This document shows positions 18,723-28,503 of a DNA stretch of 64,000 nt, piece after piece. Every line of letters starts with the position of its first letter. The first letter of the stretch is position 1. The position numbers were made by a program, and so were the translations under genes. The stretch lies in sequence record MK568540.2; one strand, written 5' to 3'. Below the pieces are notes generated by a model. It saw only the letters and a list, made by a program, of their open reading frames with translations, did not search any database and had not been told where the DNA came from.

Positions 18723-18941
18723 TTAGAAGTATGATGGTTCATAGAAAACCCACATGTATGCAATGAATACCATTAATGACATAAAGAACAAAAACAAACA
18801 TACAGCTATTCCGATTTCTGAATCGTCTGTTTCTGGTATCCACTCCATTGCTCCCGCTGTGAATAGAAGAAGAAACGCTTCTATCACAGTGAACAAGATC
18901 GGTGACTTGATGATCGTGAAGTGAATCGCATCTAACATCAC
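18723..18941 (-). CDS. small membrane protein
   Basis: 72 aa, two TM. Confidence 0.6.
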   Translation of the reverse strand: MMLDAIHFTIIKSPILFTVIEAFLLLFTAGAMEWIPETDDSEIGIAVCLFLFFMSLMVFIAYMWVFYEPSYF

Positions 18942-19207
18942 TCACCTCTTGTTGGTGCGAGATCTGGTAAATGGCTCATTACAGTTTCTTTTGACCATAC
19001 CATGCCATATGCCTCGACATAATCCCACTCAACACCTTTCTTCATAGTGCCGTTTAGAATCGCGCTGTGTTCGATGTCGTCTGCAAGATCAGCCAAGAAG
19101 TGTTCTTCATGGAAGACCCAACCACAGTTGCAGAAAATATAACCTAAATGTTCTCGCTCGCCGTCTTCATGAACAGCGAAGAAATGTGCAGTACTAGGTG
19201 CGCTCAT
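18938..19207 (-). CDS. hypothetical protein
   Basis: start refined to MSAPST after GGAGG. Confidence 0.65.
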   Translation of the reverse strand: MSAPSTAHFFAVHEDGEREHLGYIFCNCGWVFHEEHFLADLADDIEHSAILNGTMKKGVEWDYVEAYGMVWSKETVMSHLPDLAPTRGE

Positions 19208-19208
19208 A

Positions 19209-19403
19209 TTAGCCTCCCATAGGCGTATAGAATAAGGCAACAAACGTCATGATGCCGTGAATAAATGATGAAAAGAATAACACAACGCAATTTCTAAACG
19301 TAATTGCGTGCATTATCACGAGTGTTAGAGCAACAATGAAACACATTGTGATGATTTCATTGTCGTTCATTAGATGGAAGATTAAATCTGGTACTTGGTT
19401 CAT
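19209..19403 (-). CDS. small membrane protein
   Basis: 64 aa, AGGAG SD. Confidence 0.6.
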   Translation of the reverse strand: MNQVPDLIFHLMNDNEIITMCFIVALTLVIMHAITFRNCVVLFFSSFIHGIMTFVALFYTPMGG

Positions 19404-19442
19404 GTGATACTCCTTTTTTAAGAGTATACACGAATCAAAACA

Positions 19443-19946
19443 CTACATCAAGTATCTTCTTTCAAGTTTTTCACGTACTACATCAAAAACATTCATCATC
19501 GTTTCGAGGTGATAACGATCACGGGTCATAAAGCGACCTTCACTATAGCGACTTTTCACAAGAGCAGCTTCGATATTTTCGATATCTTCATCACAATACT
19601 CAACCCACCATAGTGCTTTGACTTTGTACTCGTCATCTACAAGATGGTGTGGGTAGTACAAATATAACTTCGATACATCACCATCGTAAATACGATCTGC
19701 TTCTTCTTGACGTAATCGTTCCATGATTTGATGGCGTTCACGATCAATGATAGCGTTTCTTAACGTCTGAGCAACCGCCATTGTATGACACTGAGCTAAC
19801 CGATAACGCTGTTCTTCGGTTAGCATCTTGCAATCACGCCAATAAGGTTCGACTTTATCAAATACGAAATGCAAATTCGTCATTTGCTCGTCAGTGCAGT
19901 GCTCGAAGTTCTCACGTAAGTCGAACTTTCGATATGTCATGCCCAC
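19443..19946 (-). CDS. hypothetical protein
   Basis: 167 aa. Confidence 0.7.
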   Translation of the reverse strand: MGMTYRKFDLRENFEHCTDEQMTNLHFVFDKVEPYWRDCKMLTEEQRYRLAQCHTMAVAQTLRNAIIDRERHQIMERLRQEEADRIYDGDVSKLYLYYPHHLVDDEYKVKALWWVEYCDEDIENIEAALVKSRYSEGRFMTRDRYHLETMMNVFDVVREKLERRYLM

Positions 19947-20233
19947 GCCCCTCGAATCTTGTAAATGGTACCCGTGTTCGGGATTTCTGCATAATGGTCA
20001 ACGTCGTACAAGTATAGTGCAGTTGCACCTTCTTGAATCGCGCCGTCCGCTAGTTCTTCAAGTACTTTCTCAAGCCACAAATTCGGTTTGCTCAAGAAGC
20101 TTCGCATTTCCAATACTTGCTTTTCGACATCTTCTTGAACAGTGCCATTTAGTGGAGCTTTAGTTTGCGCATCGATCATGATGCACGGTGAGCCAACTAG
20201 ATAAACTGGTAACCCTTTAACAACCATCGCCAA
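19937..20233 (-). CDS. hypothetical protein
   Basis: 98 aa. Confidence 0.6.
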   Translation of the reverse strand: MAMVVKGLPVYLVGSPCIMIDAQTKAPLNGTVQEDVEKQVLEMRSFLSKPNLWLEKVLEELADGAIQEGATALYLYDVDHYAEIPNTGTIYKIRGAWA

Positions 20234-20630
20234 TCCAACCTTTTGTTTTTAGTTGCTCGTAACCGTTTAGCATGACTTGACAATCAACGCTGTTACGGTC
20301 GAGATCGTGAATGAATGCAAGCTGCAATGCTTTGTCTAATGCTTGCGGTAGTGCGTTATCAAAGACAACTGCTACAACGTCAGTATCTGGAAAACGCTTC
20401 GTGAATTCACCTGTTGTCTTGAAAACGGCGTTTACAGCGTCTTTCACTTCGTCCCATGTGCTATCGTCGATAACACCAAGGCAATTATCTGCATCAACCA
20501 AGAACGTGGTATTTGCTTTGTAGTACTTGCCGTTGAATTTGATTTCACCTTCTTGTGGGATATATTCAAGCCCGTTGTGAAATTCTTCAACTTCTTTACC
20601 GTTGTAGCCGTTGAATATGATTTGTCTCAT
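20217..20630 (-). CDS. hypothetical protein
   Basis: 137 aa. Confidence 0.7.
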   Translation of the reverse strand: MRQIIFNGYNGKEVEEFHNGLEYIPQEGEIKFNGKYYKANTTFLVDADNCLGVIDDSTWDEVKDAVNAVFKTTGEFTKRFPDTDVVAVVFDNALPQALDKALQLAFIHDLDRNSVDCQVMLNGYEQLKTKGWIGDGC

Positions 20631-21301
20631 GAATTCACCTCAATGTATTCGTTTTTCATGCCTTCTTTATGCCAAATTGCAATTGCATACGCAGCGTTTG
20701 CCAAGAAAATGCAGTACTCAGCGGCAACTACAATTACACCTTGTGTGCTGTAGTTCACAATGCATACCACGTTAACTGCAACCCAGTACCACCATGCTTC
20801 GACTTTACGCTGAATCATTAACATGAACGCCATGATACTTGCTACTGTCGTGAAAGCGTCTTGTACCGCAAGTTCAGCAGGAATATGTACGTAATCGGTA
20901 ACGAGTAGTGAACCACTGAAGTACATAATCGGGTCGATGAAGTAAGCTAGTGCAGCAGTACCGAATAACGTCGCGACAATTGAACCAACGAATTTTCGCA
21001 TTTTCAAATATCTGATCTTGACTTCGTTCTCACCTTGTTTGTTCCATTGATAGAAGCCGAAGATCGACATTGCAATGAAGAATCCCTGCAAGAGCACGTC
21101 ACTGTACAACTGAATCTGGAAGAACAGTATTGCAAACCCGATACAGTTGACAATACCGACTGTGAAGTTGTGCTTCATGTTCATTCTCGCCATGATGACA
21201 CAAATCAAGCCTGTAAGAGTTGCCCATAATTCTAGACCAGACACTGCATAATCACCGATAGAAAACACAGTGTGGTTAATGTTAAACAATAAATCAAACA
21301 T
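20627..21301 (-). CDS. pnuC: nicotinamide riboside transporter PnuC
   Basis: multi-TM; LYSDVLLQ.F, GFYQW, DAFTT..S, RKVEAWWYW..VN motifs. Confidence 0.92.
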   Translation of the reverse strand: MFDLLFNINHTVFSIGDYAVSGLELWATLTGLICVIMARMNMKHNFTVGIVNCIGFAILFFQIQLYSDVLLQGFFIAMSIFGFYQWNKQGENEVKIRYLKMRKFVGSIVATLFGTAALAYFIDPIMYFSGSLLVTDYVHIPAELAVQDAFTTVASIMAFMLMIQRKVEAWWYWVAVNVVCIVNYSTQGVIVVAAEYCIFLANAAYAIAIWHKEGMKNEYIEVNS

Positions 21302-21325
21302 AATATATTTCTCTCAAAGTAGTTG

Positions 21326-21592
21326 TTAGCGACGTAGGCGATTTATTTTGCTGAAGATATCTTGCCCAAACACGAGCTGCATTATTTCTTCATACGCCCA
21401 TTGCGTGTCTATTTCTCGATCTTTTAATTCATCTTCGAGGTAAGATTGAGCTAGGCTAGTAAGTCGTGCTTCTACATCTTGAACTGGTGTATTGCCAAGA
21501 ACTACTTGAATACTATCACGTAGTTCTCGTTCAGCTTCGCGACGTTGCAGTTCTTCACGCAGTTCGTTCTCGCTGTAATCTGTTAAACTCAT
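21326..21592 (-). CDS. hypothetical protein
   Basis: 88 aa. Confidence 0.7.
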   Translation of the reverse strand: MSLTDYSENELREELQRREAERELRDSIQVVLGNTPVQDVEARLTSLAQSYLEDELKDREIDTQWAYEEIMQLVFGQDIFSKINRLRR

Positions 21593-21933
21593 TTTTTAAT
21601 CAACCCTGTAATAAATCGGACGATGAATGGAATGGCAATGATAAACCATACGATGACGCTTTGCTCTAACAGCCACAAGCTGACAAACATTAATACAAAA
21701 GCAACGATCAAGTCAAACATTAAATACGCGACGACGTGATCATCATTGTGCATAAACCCATTTGTTGCCCATTCATATTTGAATTCTTGGTACGCTCTAG
21801 CCCATTCTACGAACGGAATTTCACTGCGAAACATGTAGTTTATCAATGTCCCGCCCACAGAAAGTACAATAGGGATGGACAGATTGATCAACCACATCAT
21901 GACCAGTATTGAAGAGATCGTTTTTATTAACAT
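21589..21933 (-). CDS. membrane protein (paralog of 21927..22262)
   Basis: 3 TM; FKY...TN..MH motif. Confidence 0.65.
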   Translation of the reverse strand: MLIKTISSILVMMWLINLSIPIVLSVGGTLINYMFRSEIPFVEWARAYQEFKYEWATNGFMHNDDHVVAYLMFDLIVAFVLMFVSLWLLEQSVIVWFIIAIPFIVRFITGLIKK

Positions 21934-22262
21934 TTTTTCACCTTAATAACGATGATTCGAATCAGAATCAGAATGATTATGATAGCTGCGATTACAGGAA
22001 ACGCAACGCTCAGTAACCATAACAAGCCCAATATAACAACGTCAAACACCATGAATGTAAACGCCCAGAACGCCATATCGTCTTTATCTTTAGTAATTTC
22101 ATGCATCATTTGATTGGTGAATATGTGACGATATTTGAAAAGTTGTAGCTTATCGAGATATCGATTCCACTCGATGTCCATCATAAACACACACTTCATG
22201 ATTATTGTAGCTAACAACGTAGCTACAACAATACCGATATTACAAATCCATATTAATCCCAT
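21927..22262 (-). CDS. membrane protein (paralog of 21589..21933)
   Basis: 3 TM; FKY...TN.MMH motif. Confidence 0.65.
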   Translation of the reverse strand: MGLIWICNIGIVVATLLATIIMKCVFMMDIEWNRYLDKLQLFKYRHIFTNQMMHEITKDKDDMAFWAFTFMVFDVVILGLLWLLSVAFPVIAAIIIILILIRIIVIKVKKC

Positions 22263-23233
22263 TTTACTTTATCTCTCAGTAGTGAAACATGACTTGCTGT
22301 TTCGTGTAAACGTTCTTCCCAATTGTTACCTTTCTGAACAATCATGAATGGCTTATTCAAACGACGAAGCATGGCATGAGCAAGTTCAAACCAACGTTCG
22401 CGGTCTTCTTGTGACTGCGTACGAGTCCCGTCTTGAACAAATTCACAGTTCGGTCGAAACAACACGTAAGCATCAATGCTTTCAAATGCAGCTAATGCAT
22501 TAAGAAGAACCGATGATTGATTGAATTGAAACTGACTGTAAACAGCCGATGTAACGGCTGAAGAATCAACAATTACAGTGTCACTTTCTTTACCAGTCGC
22601 TTCAATTCGTGCAGTTTGTGCAATCGCGAACTCTAGTACGTCGTGTTCAGTGTAGTGATTGTCACTCATGATATCGCGTGCTGCTTCAAGTACAAGTTCA
22701 TAACCGTTAGCGGCTGCGATTGATGCTGCGTTCCAAGACTTACCACAAGACTCGGGACCGATGAATGCAATTCTCTTTACGCGATCTTGCTGTGCGCTCG
22801 GGCTGTAAAACTCGTGTGAATTGTTCTCACGAACCGATGTACTCGAACAAGGCGTGATCTCTCGTGCTTCGTCGTAGATGATTCCGTCAAAGTTACCGTA
22901 CTCGGCACAGTAATTGATGTACTGTTCTGAACCAACGAATGCATCAATCTCTGGGAAATGTTCGTCGATGTACTCAGCCCACTGCTTTGAAACTTCACGA
23001 TCAGACTCAGATTTGTTCGACAACCCTTGATCACTCGGGCAAATTACTTTGATACAAATTCGATTACCGAAATCTTGATGCATCCATTTCATGCGTGTTT
23101 CAACTGCAATCGGGTCAGTGTTTTCAGTGCAAAGCAAAACAGTTACTTTGTCTGCAAGCGATAGCGCGAACTTAATCAGCTTGAAATGACCTTGATGATA
23201 GTTATTAAACTTTCCAATTACACCTGCGTGCAT
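22253..23233 (-). CDS. nadR: NadR-like NMN adenylyltransferase / ribosylnicotinamide kinase (no HTH)
   Basis: GKF...HQGH nucleotidyltransferase motif, SSTSVR, P-loop GPESCGKS, DGTR. Confidence 0.9.
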   Translation of the reverse strand: MHAGVIGKFNNYHQGHFKLIKFALSLADKVTVLLCTENTDPIAVETRMKWMHQDFGNRICIKVICPSDQGLSNKSESDREVSKQWAEYIDEHFPEIDAFVGSEQYINYCAEYGNFDGIIYDEAREITPCSSTSVRENNSHEFYSPSAQQDRVKRIAFIGPESCGKSWNAASIAAANGYELVLEAARDIMSDNHYTEHDVLEFAIAQTARIEATGKESDTVIVDSSAVTSAVYSQFQFNQSSVLLNALAAFESIDAYVLFRPNCEFVQDGTRTQSQEDRERWFELAHAMLRRLNKPFMIVQKGNNWEERLHETASHVSLLRDKVKWD

Positions 23234-23601
23234 ACTTTATTCTCCAATTCGCTAAGATGGTCAAGAAACTCACCGTATGATTTGATGTCGTTCTCTTTGA
23301 AATAATCAAGCATATGAAACGCTTGAGCGTCTTTGTCGTACGTGTGAATCAACTGATCTTGATAAAACACGCCATTCGTTGGTACGATTTGTAGCTTTTT
23401 CATGTCCATTCTGGTGAATGGCTTCACTGCCCAACAGTCAAGTTCAGCTTTTCGCTTGAGCACTTGAGACTGAACGCGAGTCATAACATTTGCTAAATGT
23501 TCTAAACGGCGCTGATCATACGGTTTTGCTTTGAGTAACTGAATTGCTGTTTCTAGCAAGTCGATGTCCGTCGGCAAGCCTTTTAGTTCGTTATCGTTCA
23601 T
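23218..23601 (-). CDS. hypothetical protein
   Basis: 127 aa. Confidence 0.65.
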   Translation of the reverse strand: MNDNELKGLPTDIDLLETAIQLLKAKPYDQRRLEHLANVMTRVQSQVLKRKAELDCWAVKPFTRMDMKKLQIVPTNGVFYQDQLIHTYDKDAQAFHMLDYFKENDIKSYGEFLDHLSELENKVCTQV

Positions 23602-23822
23602 TTGAATACTCGCTTGTTCGCTTCTTCAACTGTGTTGCTTTTGTGACCAACTACATGTTCGTTTGCGTATACCTTTTCACCGCGCTTCACTTTGCCGTGA
23701 AACGACTTGCCACGCTGAACAGAACCGTTCTTACCAACACAATATTCAGTTTCTTCATTGAAATGCAAGTAAACTAATAAACCTTTCTCGTGTTTTGTCG
23801 CATTTTCGTACACTACTTTCAT
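23598..23822 (-). CDS. hypothetical protein
   Basis: 74 aa, GAGA SD. Confidence 0.6.
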   Translation of the reverse strand: MKVVYENATKHEKGLLVYLHFNEETEYCVGKNGSVQRGKSFHGKVKRGEKVYANEHVVGHKSNTVEEANKRVFK

Positions 23823-24047
23823 AATTCTCTTCCTCTAATTCTTCCCTGACTTTATCGACTGTTTTACTAAATTCGTCGAATCCCATTGGTGATAAGTCGT
23901 TAAGGGATAGCGTGAACTGCATACCATCCCTCGTTTTCTAGAAGCTACGCGAGACCGCAACTAATAGATTGTAAGTGAACATCACGATTGAACGTGAAAC
24001 TCGCCAGATTTGCACTCGTGTTTTAAAGCTCATATCTATTCCCTCGA

Positions 24048-24521
24048 TTAATTGTTATCATATTTGTCAAAACATGGCATCCATGAGTAACATACAGAAG
24101 ACCTTACAGTATAACCGTTACGACCTTTGCGTGTTTCAACACGATCTTCGTATACGCGACGCTCTAGAAAGATTTTGTCGCCGACGTATATCATATCATC
24201 ACCTGGGTAATCTGTCACGCGAATTCTACCAAGATTGTATTTGTCAGTTCTAACTAAACAATCTATTGAATGCTTTCGACTATCACATGATGATACTGAC
24301 ACGACTTTACCGTAATCTGTAGTCAGCGTTCTTAGAACTGTGTCAGACTTCGATAACGAAGAGTAAGTCAGACACGCGATAAATGCAATCCCGATTACGC
24401 ACGCTGCAATTAATAAATACAAAACCCATTTCAAATCGTTGTCGATGCTTGTGTTTTTCATAATGATTCTCTCTTCAGTTGATGAGTTCATTATACGTAT
24501 CTGATTCGACAATGCAACCAC
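24048..24521 (-). CDS. membrane-anchored protein
   Basis: TM near N-terminus; start probably MKNTSI (~24461). Confidence 0.65.
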   Translation of the reverse strand: MVALSNQIRIMNSSTEERIIMKNTSIDNDLKWVLYLLIAACVIGIAFIACLTYSSLSKSDTVLRTLTTDYGKVVSVSSCDSRKHSIDCLVRTDKYNLGRIRVTDYPGDDMIYVGDKIFLERRVYEDRVETRKGRNGYTVRSSVCYSWMPCFDKYDNN

Positions 24522-24524
24522 TTT

Positions 24525-24749
24525 TTACATATTCCACACACCAATATCTTCAGGCATCAATCCGTTCTCGACTGCTTTGTGATAATAGTTCTCGTGCTTG
24601 ACAATACCACGCTGTAGATAATGACGATTCGCTTTGATGAACTGGTCGGCAGCTTCTATGCTGTCTTCATGCGGGTGTTTGAGTTCAAACGGCGCACCGT
24701 TGTCAATAAGCAAGTTACATAGTTCGATCTGCTTGTCGGTTGCTTTCAT
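24525..24749 (-). CDS. hypothetical protein
   Basis: 74 aa. Confidence 0.6.
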   Translation of the reverse strand: MKATDKQIELCNLLIDNGAPFELKHPHEDSIEAADQFIKANRHYLQRGIVKHENYYHKAVENGLMPEDIGVWNM

Positions 24750-25071
24750 GATTGATTTTCTCGTAGTTGCGATAGATATGACGCTTTTTCATCTTCCACT
24801 GATATTGCTCGCCGTCGTCGTTATACGCCTTATTGTCTATCATTTTGTAAATGTAACGAACGTCGTCGCCGTCTTTGCTGATTTCAGTGATTTCGATCAT
24901 CGTTACTTCGTCGGGGTCGCTTGCGAATTCTGATACCTTGACAGTTTGATAAACATCACCGACTTTAATATCAGGTTTGAGCATCGAATATCCCGTCATG
25001 TGGATCATGAAGAAAATAAGAATGCCAATCCATGTAGTTACAATTAAACCTACGAATCTCGGGGCGGTCAT
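24715..25071 (-). CDS. membrane-anchored protein, family with 25068 and 25931
   Basis: TM + K.GD.Y...I..IS.DG..VRY. Confidence 0.65.
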   Translation of the reverse strand: MTAPRFVGLIVTTWIGILIFFMIHMTGYSMLKPDIKVGDVYQTVKVSEFASDPDEVTMIEITEISKDGDDVRYIYKMIDNKAYNDDGEQYQWKMKKRHIYRNYEKINHESNRQADRTM

Positions 25072-25505
25072 TTAGTTTTCTCCGTTGTAGTATTGATGTC
25101 AACGCTGTCTTCATGGACATAAGAATACTTTAGCGCCGTAAACGACATTTCTTTCTCGGGTAGCGCATCCAATCCAATGTACTTGTAACGTATTCTCTCA
25201 GCATTGTAATTCACGTCAGTTACAACAATGCCAAAATCAACACTCTGACTTCGCTCCCATCCCACATCGTTTAGAAGATAATAACGGTCACCGATTTCAA
25301 TCTTGTTTGACAGTAGCCCGAAGCAAGCTGACAATGCGATACCTGCTATAGTCACGAAGAACCAAATCATAATGATTTTGAGTATTTTCTTATCTTCTTT
25401 TTCTTCAGTTACTTTACAGCGTGTCTTACGAATCGGTGGCTTTTCTGGCACTTTAAAATCAGAACGCTCGTATAATTCATCTTGTTGAAACTGTGCTATT
25501 GTCAT
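25068..25505 (-). CDS. membrane-anchored protein, family with 24715 and 25931
   Basis: TM + EIGDRY...VTDV....IRY. Confidence 0.65.
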   Translation of the reverse strand: MTIAQFQQDELYERSDFKVPEKPPIRKTRCKVTEEKEDKKILKIIMIWFFVTIAGIALSACFGLLSNKIEIGDRYYLLNDVGWERSQSVDFGIVVTDVNYNAERIRYKYIGLDALPEKEMSFTALKYSYVHEDSVDINTTTEKTK

Positions 25506-25515
25506 GATACTTTCC

Positions 25516-25938
25516 TCAGTTTAATGTTAATGCTTCAGATTTCGCGGCGTCAAAGTTGCTGCGCTTGACTAATCGCGCCATATTCAAATACATGTCTTCT
25601 GGTCGCGGTGTCCAATAATTCCAATACGGCGTGTCAACGAACGTACGTTCAATCCATTCGCATATATCATCGAACTGTTCAACGTTGATATTCACACCAC
25701 GATGTAATAACTCTTCGCAAAGGTCACGATAACGAACGTAAAGATAATGCAACTTATCAAAAAAGAACGTTTCGTGACCTGTACCAAGCACATAATGCTC
25801 AGGAATGACCACATTACCCATTGTATGCGCTTGTATGCGCTTCTCCACCTTGTTGAAGGGACGAGTTATCTCTTTGTACTCTGCAAGTAAATGCTTGTCT
25901 GAGAGCGTTTCAACCGGCATACAATTGATTCTAGTCAT
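25516..25938 (-). CDS. denV: pyrimidine dimer DNA glycosylase / endonuclease V
   Basis: MTRIN...L.DKHLLAEYKEITR, LGTGH..FF.DKL match T4 DenV; start refined to 25938. Confidence 0.93.
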   Translation of the reverse strand: MTRINCMPVETLSDKHLLAEYKEITRPFNKVEKRIQAHTMGNVVIPEHYVLGTGHETFFFDKLHYLYVRYRDLCEELLHRGVNINVEQFDDICEWIERTFVDTPYWNYWTPRPEDMYLNMARLVKRSNFDAAKSEALTLN

Positions 25939-26200
25939 TATGTTTCTCGAAATAGTTATAAAGGTGATGTGTTGACATTTCGTATGTAGTTCTAGACGAT
26001 ATCGAATGGTCTTTGCCCTCGATGCACACCCAATCATATTGTATGTGCTTACCGTCTTTCGATACATTCACGACTTCGATTATATTCGCTCCGACGCTCG
26101 TGTCAACCCAATCTTTGTCAATTTGAAGATATCTTTCACCTATTTCAGGTGGTGTAATCGTCGGGAAAAGAAATTCTTTGATTTTAACTAGTAGTTTCAT
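25931..26200 (-). CDS. hypothetical protein, family with 24715 and 25068
   Basis: EIGERY...IEVVNVSKDG..IQY. Confidence 0.65.
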   Translation of the reverse strand: MKLLVKIKEFLFPTITPPEIGERYLQIDKDWVDTSVGANIIEVVNVSKDGKHIQYDWVCIEGKDHSISSRTTYEMSTHHLYNYFEKHND

Positions 26201-26478
26201 GCTGTCTCCAATTTCTCAAGTTCTTGTTTGAACTGTTGCTTGTACTCGTCAGAAGAACCATACATAGGCCACCCATTTTCAAGACCAAGCTCGTTTGCAA
26301 TAAGATCGAATACGACATCACGATCAGCGGTGTCAAGTGACTTGCAATCGTGTGTGTAAAACGTTGCCCAATATTCTTGCTCACACGCACTAGCGACTTT
26401 CTCTGCGATTACAGATGGCAGTACGCGATCTGTATAGCTCGTGAACTCACTATTAACTGCTTTTAAAAGACTAACCAT
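26197..26478 (-). CDS. hypothetical protein
   Basis: 93 aa, GAGG SD. Confidence 0.7.
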   Translation of the reverse strand: MVSLLKAVNSEFTSYTDRVLPSVIAEKVASACEQEYWATFYTHDCKSLDTADRDVVFDLIANELGLENGWPMYGSSDEYKQQFKQELEKLETA

Positions 26479-26479
26479 G

Positions 26480-26770
26480 TTACACCTCTAGTACTTCACG
26501 TGAAAAACCAACACAACCCGGGATATCACGCCAATCAAAGTTCAAGTAAGATTCAGCACACTTGCTCATTGCAGGACGATTCGCTGCTTTGCGGTCTAAA
26601 TGACGCTCTGCAATCGAACAGATAGAAGACATAGCAATAGACACTTCTTGATCTTGCTGTGCGCGATATGCAGCGCGAAGCTTCTCAACATTACCTTTTG
26701 TAATCTTGTCTGATTTCAATGTAGCAACTAGATTCATGCAAGCTTTGATTGTTTCAGTTGTGTAGTTCAT
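26480..26770 (-). CDS. hypothetical protein
   Basis: 96 aa after cassette leader. Confidence 0.75.
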   Translation of the reverse strand: MNYTTETIKACMNLVATLKSDKITKGNVEKLRAAYRAQQDQEVSIAMSSICSIAERHLDRKAANRPAMSKCAESYLNFDWRDIPGCVGFSREVLEV

Positions 26771-26785
26771 AATGTTCTCTCTGTA

Positions 26786-26841
26786 TCTCGTTTCGATGTA
26801 GCTATAATACGCAAAAAGGGTCGCCGAAGCAACCCTTTTTT
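26786..26841 (-). promoter_or_regulatory. fused terminator/early promoter cassette
   Basis: TTGCTT(26827-32)-17-TATTAT(26804-09); CTACATCGAAACGAGATAC leader. Confidence 0.85.
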
Positions 26842-26844
26842 TAG

Positions 26845-27498
26845 TTAAATTTGTAATTCACTGAAAATGTATTTCTGCATGAGACGTTTAAGCTCTTTTT
26901 TCTCTTGAGTTTCGTTTTCTTTCTGTTCGCGCTCTTGTTCAAGTTTCATTTTCTTGTCTCGTTGCGTCGCCTCGTCAATGTAACCTTGAATCGTTTTTAC
27001 AGTGCTTTCAGCGTCCCAGAAGTCTTGAATGTTATGAGAGTACGTAATCACACCCTCATCACCACCCGCGTACATTTCATCAAAGCGAATACAGACATCA
27101 CCATCTTCGTCTAACACTACGCTTGTCAGCGTGAATTCAGAGCAGTCGAATTGTTCAAATTCCGACAAATTGTATTTGATGCGATTTGCAAACTCAGTCG
27201 CGTTGTGAAGAACATTTTGAACTTTATTCTGGAAGAACGTCATCGTTTCTTCGCGTTCTTCGTCAGTTGTCTGACCCATTTCAAGTAGATGTTTAGCACG
27301 CGCAATAGCTTTCTTGTCAGGACAGTCGTTGGTTTGAATTGAGATTGCATTATCGGACTTATGATAATGATGCAACTCATCAACACTAAACCAATACACA
27401 TAGACGTAATTTTCTTCATCTTCGTGCGCAAGTAACCCAATATCAGCGTATGGGATGTGACTTGAATTGCGACTTGCTTCTTTCAATACGTATTTCAT
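26845..27498 (-). CDS. hypothetical protein (C-half paralogous to 27507..27908)
   Basis: DEDGDVCIRF, DFWDAEST, ELKRLMQKY. Confidence 0.7.
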   Translation of the reverse strand: MKYVLKEASRNSSHIPYADIGLLAHEDEENYVYVYWFSVDELHHYHKSDNAISIQTNDCPDKKAIARAKHLLEMGQTTDEEREETMTFFQNKVQNVLHNATEFANRIKYNLSEFEQFDCSEFTLTSVVLDEDGDVCIRFDEMYAGGDEGVITYSHNIQDFWDAESTVKTIQGYIDEATQRDKKMKLEQEREQKENETQEKKELKRLMQKYIFSELQI

Positions 27499-27506
27499 GT
27501 TAACCT

Positions 27507-27908
27507 CTATTGGTATTTTTCAGAAAGACGTTTCAACTCAGCGCGTTCTCGCGCTTCAATTGCGGCTTTCTCGTCTTCTTTTTTCTTTTCGATTCGCGCT
27601 TCGCGTTCAAGCTTTCTTTTTTCTGCTTGTTCGATGAATGAAGCAATCTCTGCGTCTGTTGATTCAGCGGTAAAGAAATCACCAATGTCGTACGTGTAAA
27701 CGCTGTCGTCAAACACTTCACCGCGGAAACGATCTTCAAATAGAATACAGATATCACCTTCTTCGTCGATTGTAGCACTGACAAATCGCATAGAACCATG
27801 AATCTCTCGATTTTCATAATCACTCAAATAAGGGTGAATCGCGTTCGCGTAACGTTCAGCGTTTTCTAAAATTTCTTCGCACTTTGCTCGGTATTCTTCT
27901 AAATTCAT
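27507..27908 (-). CDS. hypothetical protein (paralog of 26845..27498)
   Basis: DEEGDICILF, DFFTAEST, ELKRLSEKY. Confidence 0.7.
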   Translation of the reverse strand: MNLEEYRAKCEEILENAERYANAIHPYLSDYENREIHGSMRFVSATIDEEGDICILFEDRFRGEVFDDSVYTYDIGDFFTAESTDAEIASFIEQAEKRKLEREARIEKKKEDEKAAIEARERAELKRLSEKYQ

Positions 27909-27909
27909 G

Positions 27910-28503
27910 TTAACCTCGAATTAACGGAAAGTCATCTTTCCATAGTGTTAGATACGAATTGCATTGTCCAACCCCACCGCCCGAACCACAGTTAACACCT
28001 GGTATGTGTCCTAGATACTTGCGGTACAAATCAAACGATTTTCTACTACCTTGCTGTTCCCAATGACAACGAATATTGCAAGCTAGACCGCGCTTAATAT
28101 CTTCGTTGTTTTCTGACCACATCGAGCAAGTATTCTCACCAACTGGCGCACTGTGTGTCATACGCGCTTCGATAAATGGCTTGTGTTGAGTACTGAAAAG
28201 ACAATATTCCCATCTGACATTCATCATTCGCGGTGTTTTACGCTCTTCACCGTAGTAGTGTAACACGTGAACCGCTTCGATGATCATGTCTTCTTCATCT
28301 TGAATGATTTCAAACAAGTGCTTGAACGAACATGCACGCAATCGAATCGTGTCGAGATACTTGCTTGCTTGTGCTTGCTGAATTGCTTTAACTTTTAAAA
28401 ACGTGTCGTGTTGACGACAACGCTTTTCATGAGCTGCAACTTCACCTTGTAATATGCTTTGAAAATCGCAGTAGTCGCATACGTGTACTGTCATTTGATG
28501 CAT
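27910..28503 (-). CDS. hypothetical protein with N-terminal C2H2-like Zn finger
   Basis: CDYCD...HEKRC. Confidence 0.7.
   Translation of the reverse strand: MHQMTVHVCDYCDFQSILQGEVAAHEKRCRQHDTFLKVKAIQQAQASKYLDTIRLRACSFKHLFEIIQDEEDMIIEAVHVLHYYGEERKTPRMMNVRWEYCLFSTQHKPFIEARMTHSAPVGENTCSMWSENNEDIKRGLACNIRCHWEQQGSRKSFDLYRKYLGHIPGVNCGSGGGVGQCNSYLTLWKDDFPLIRG

Noticed and set aside
23755-24033. In-frame TAG (23938-40) between a 31-aa ORF and a 55-aa ORF, suggesting read-through or recoding
   Set aside because: The downstream ORF has its own GAGG SD and ATG, and most other genes end normally in TAG or TAA. Two small genes or non-coding DNA explain it more simply.
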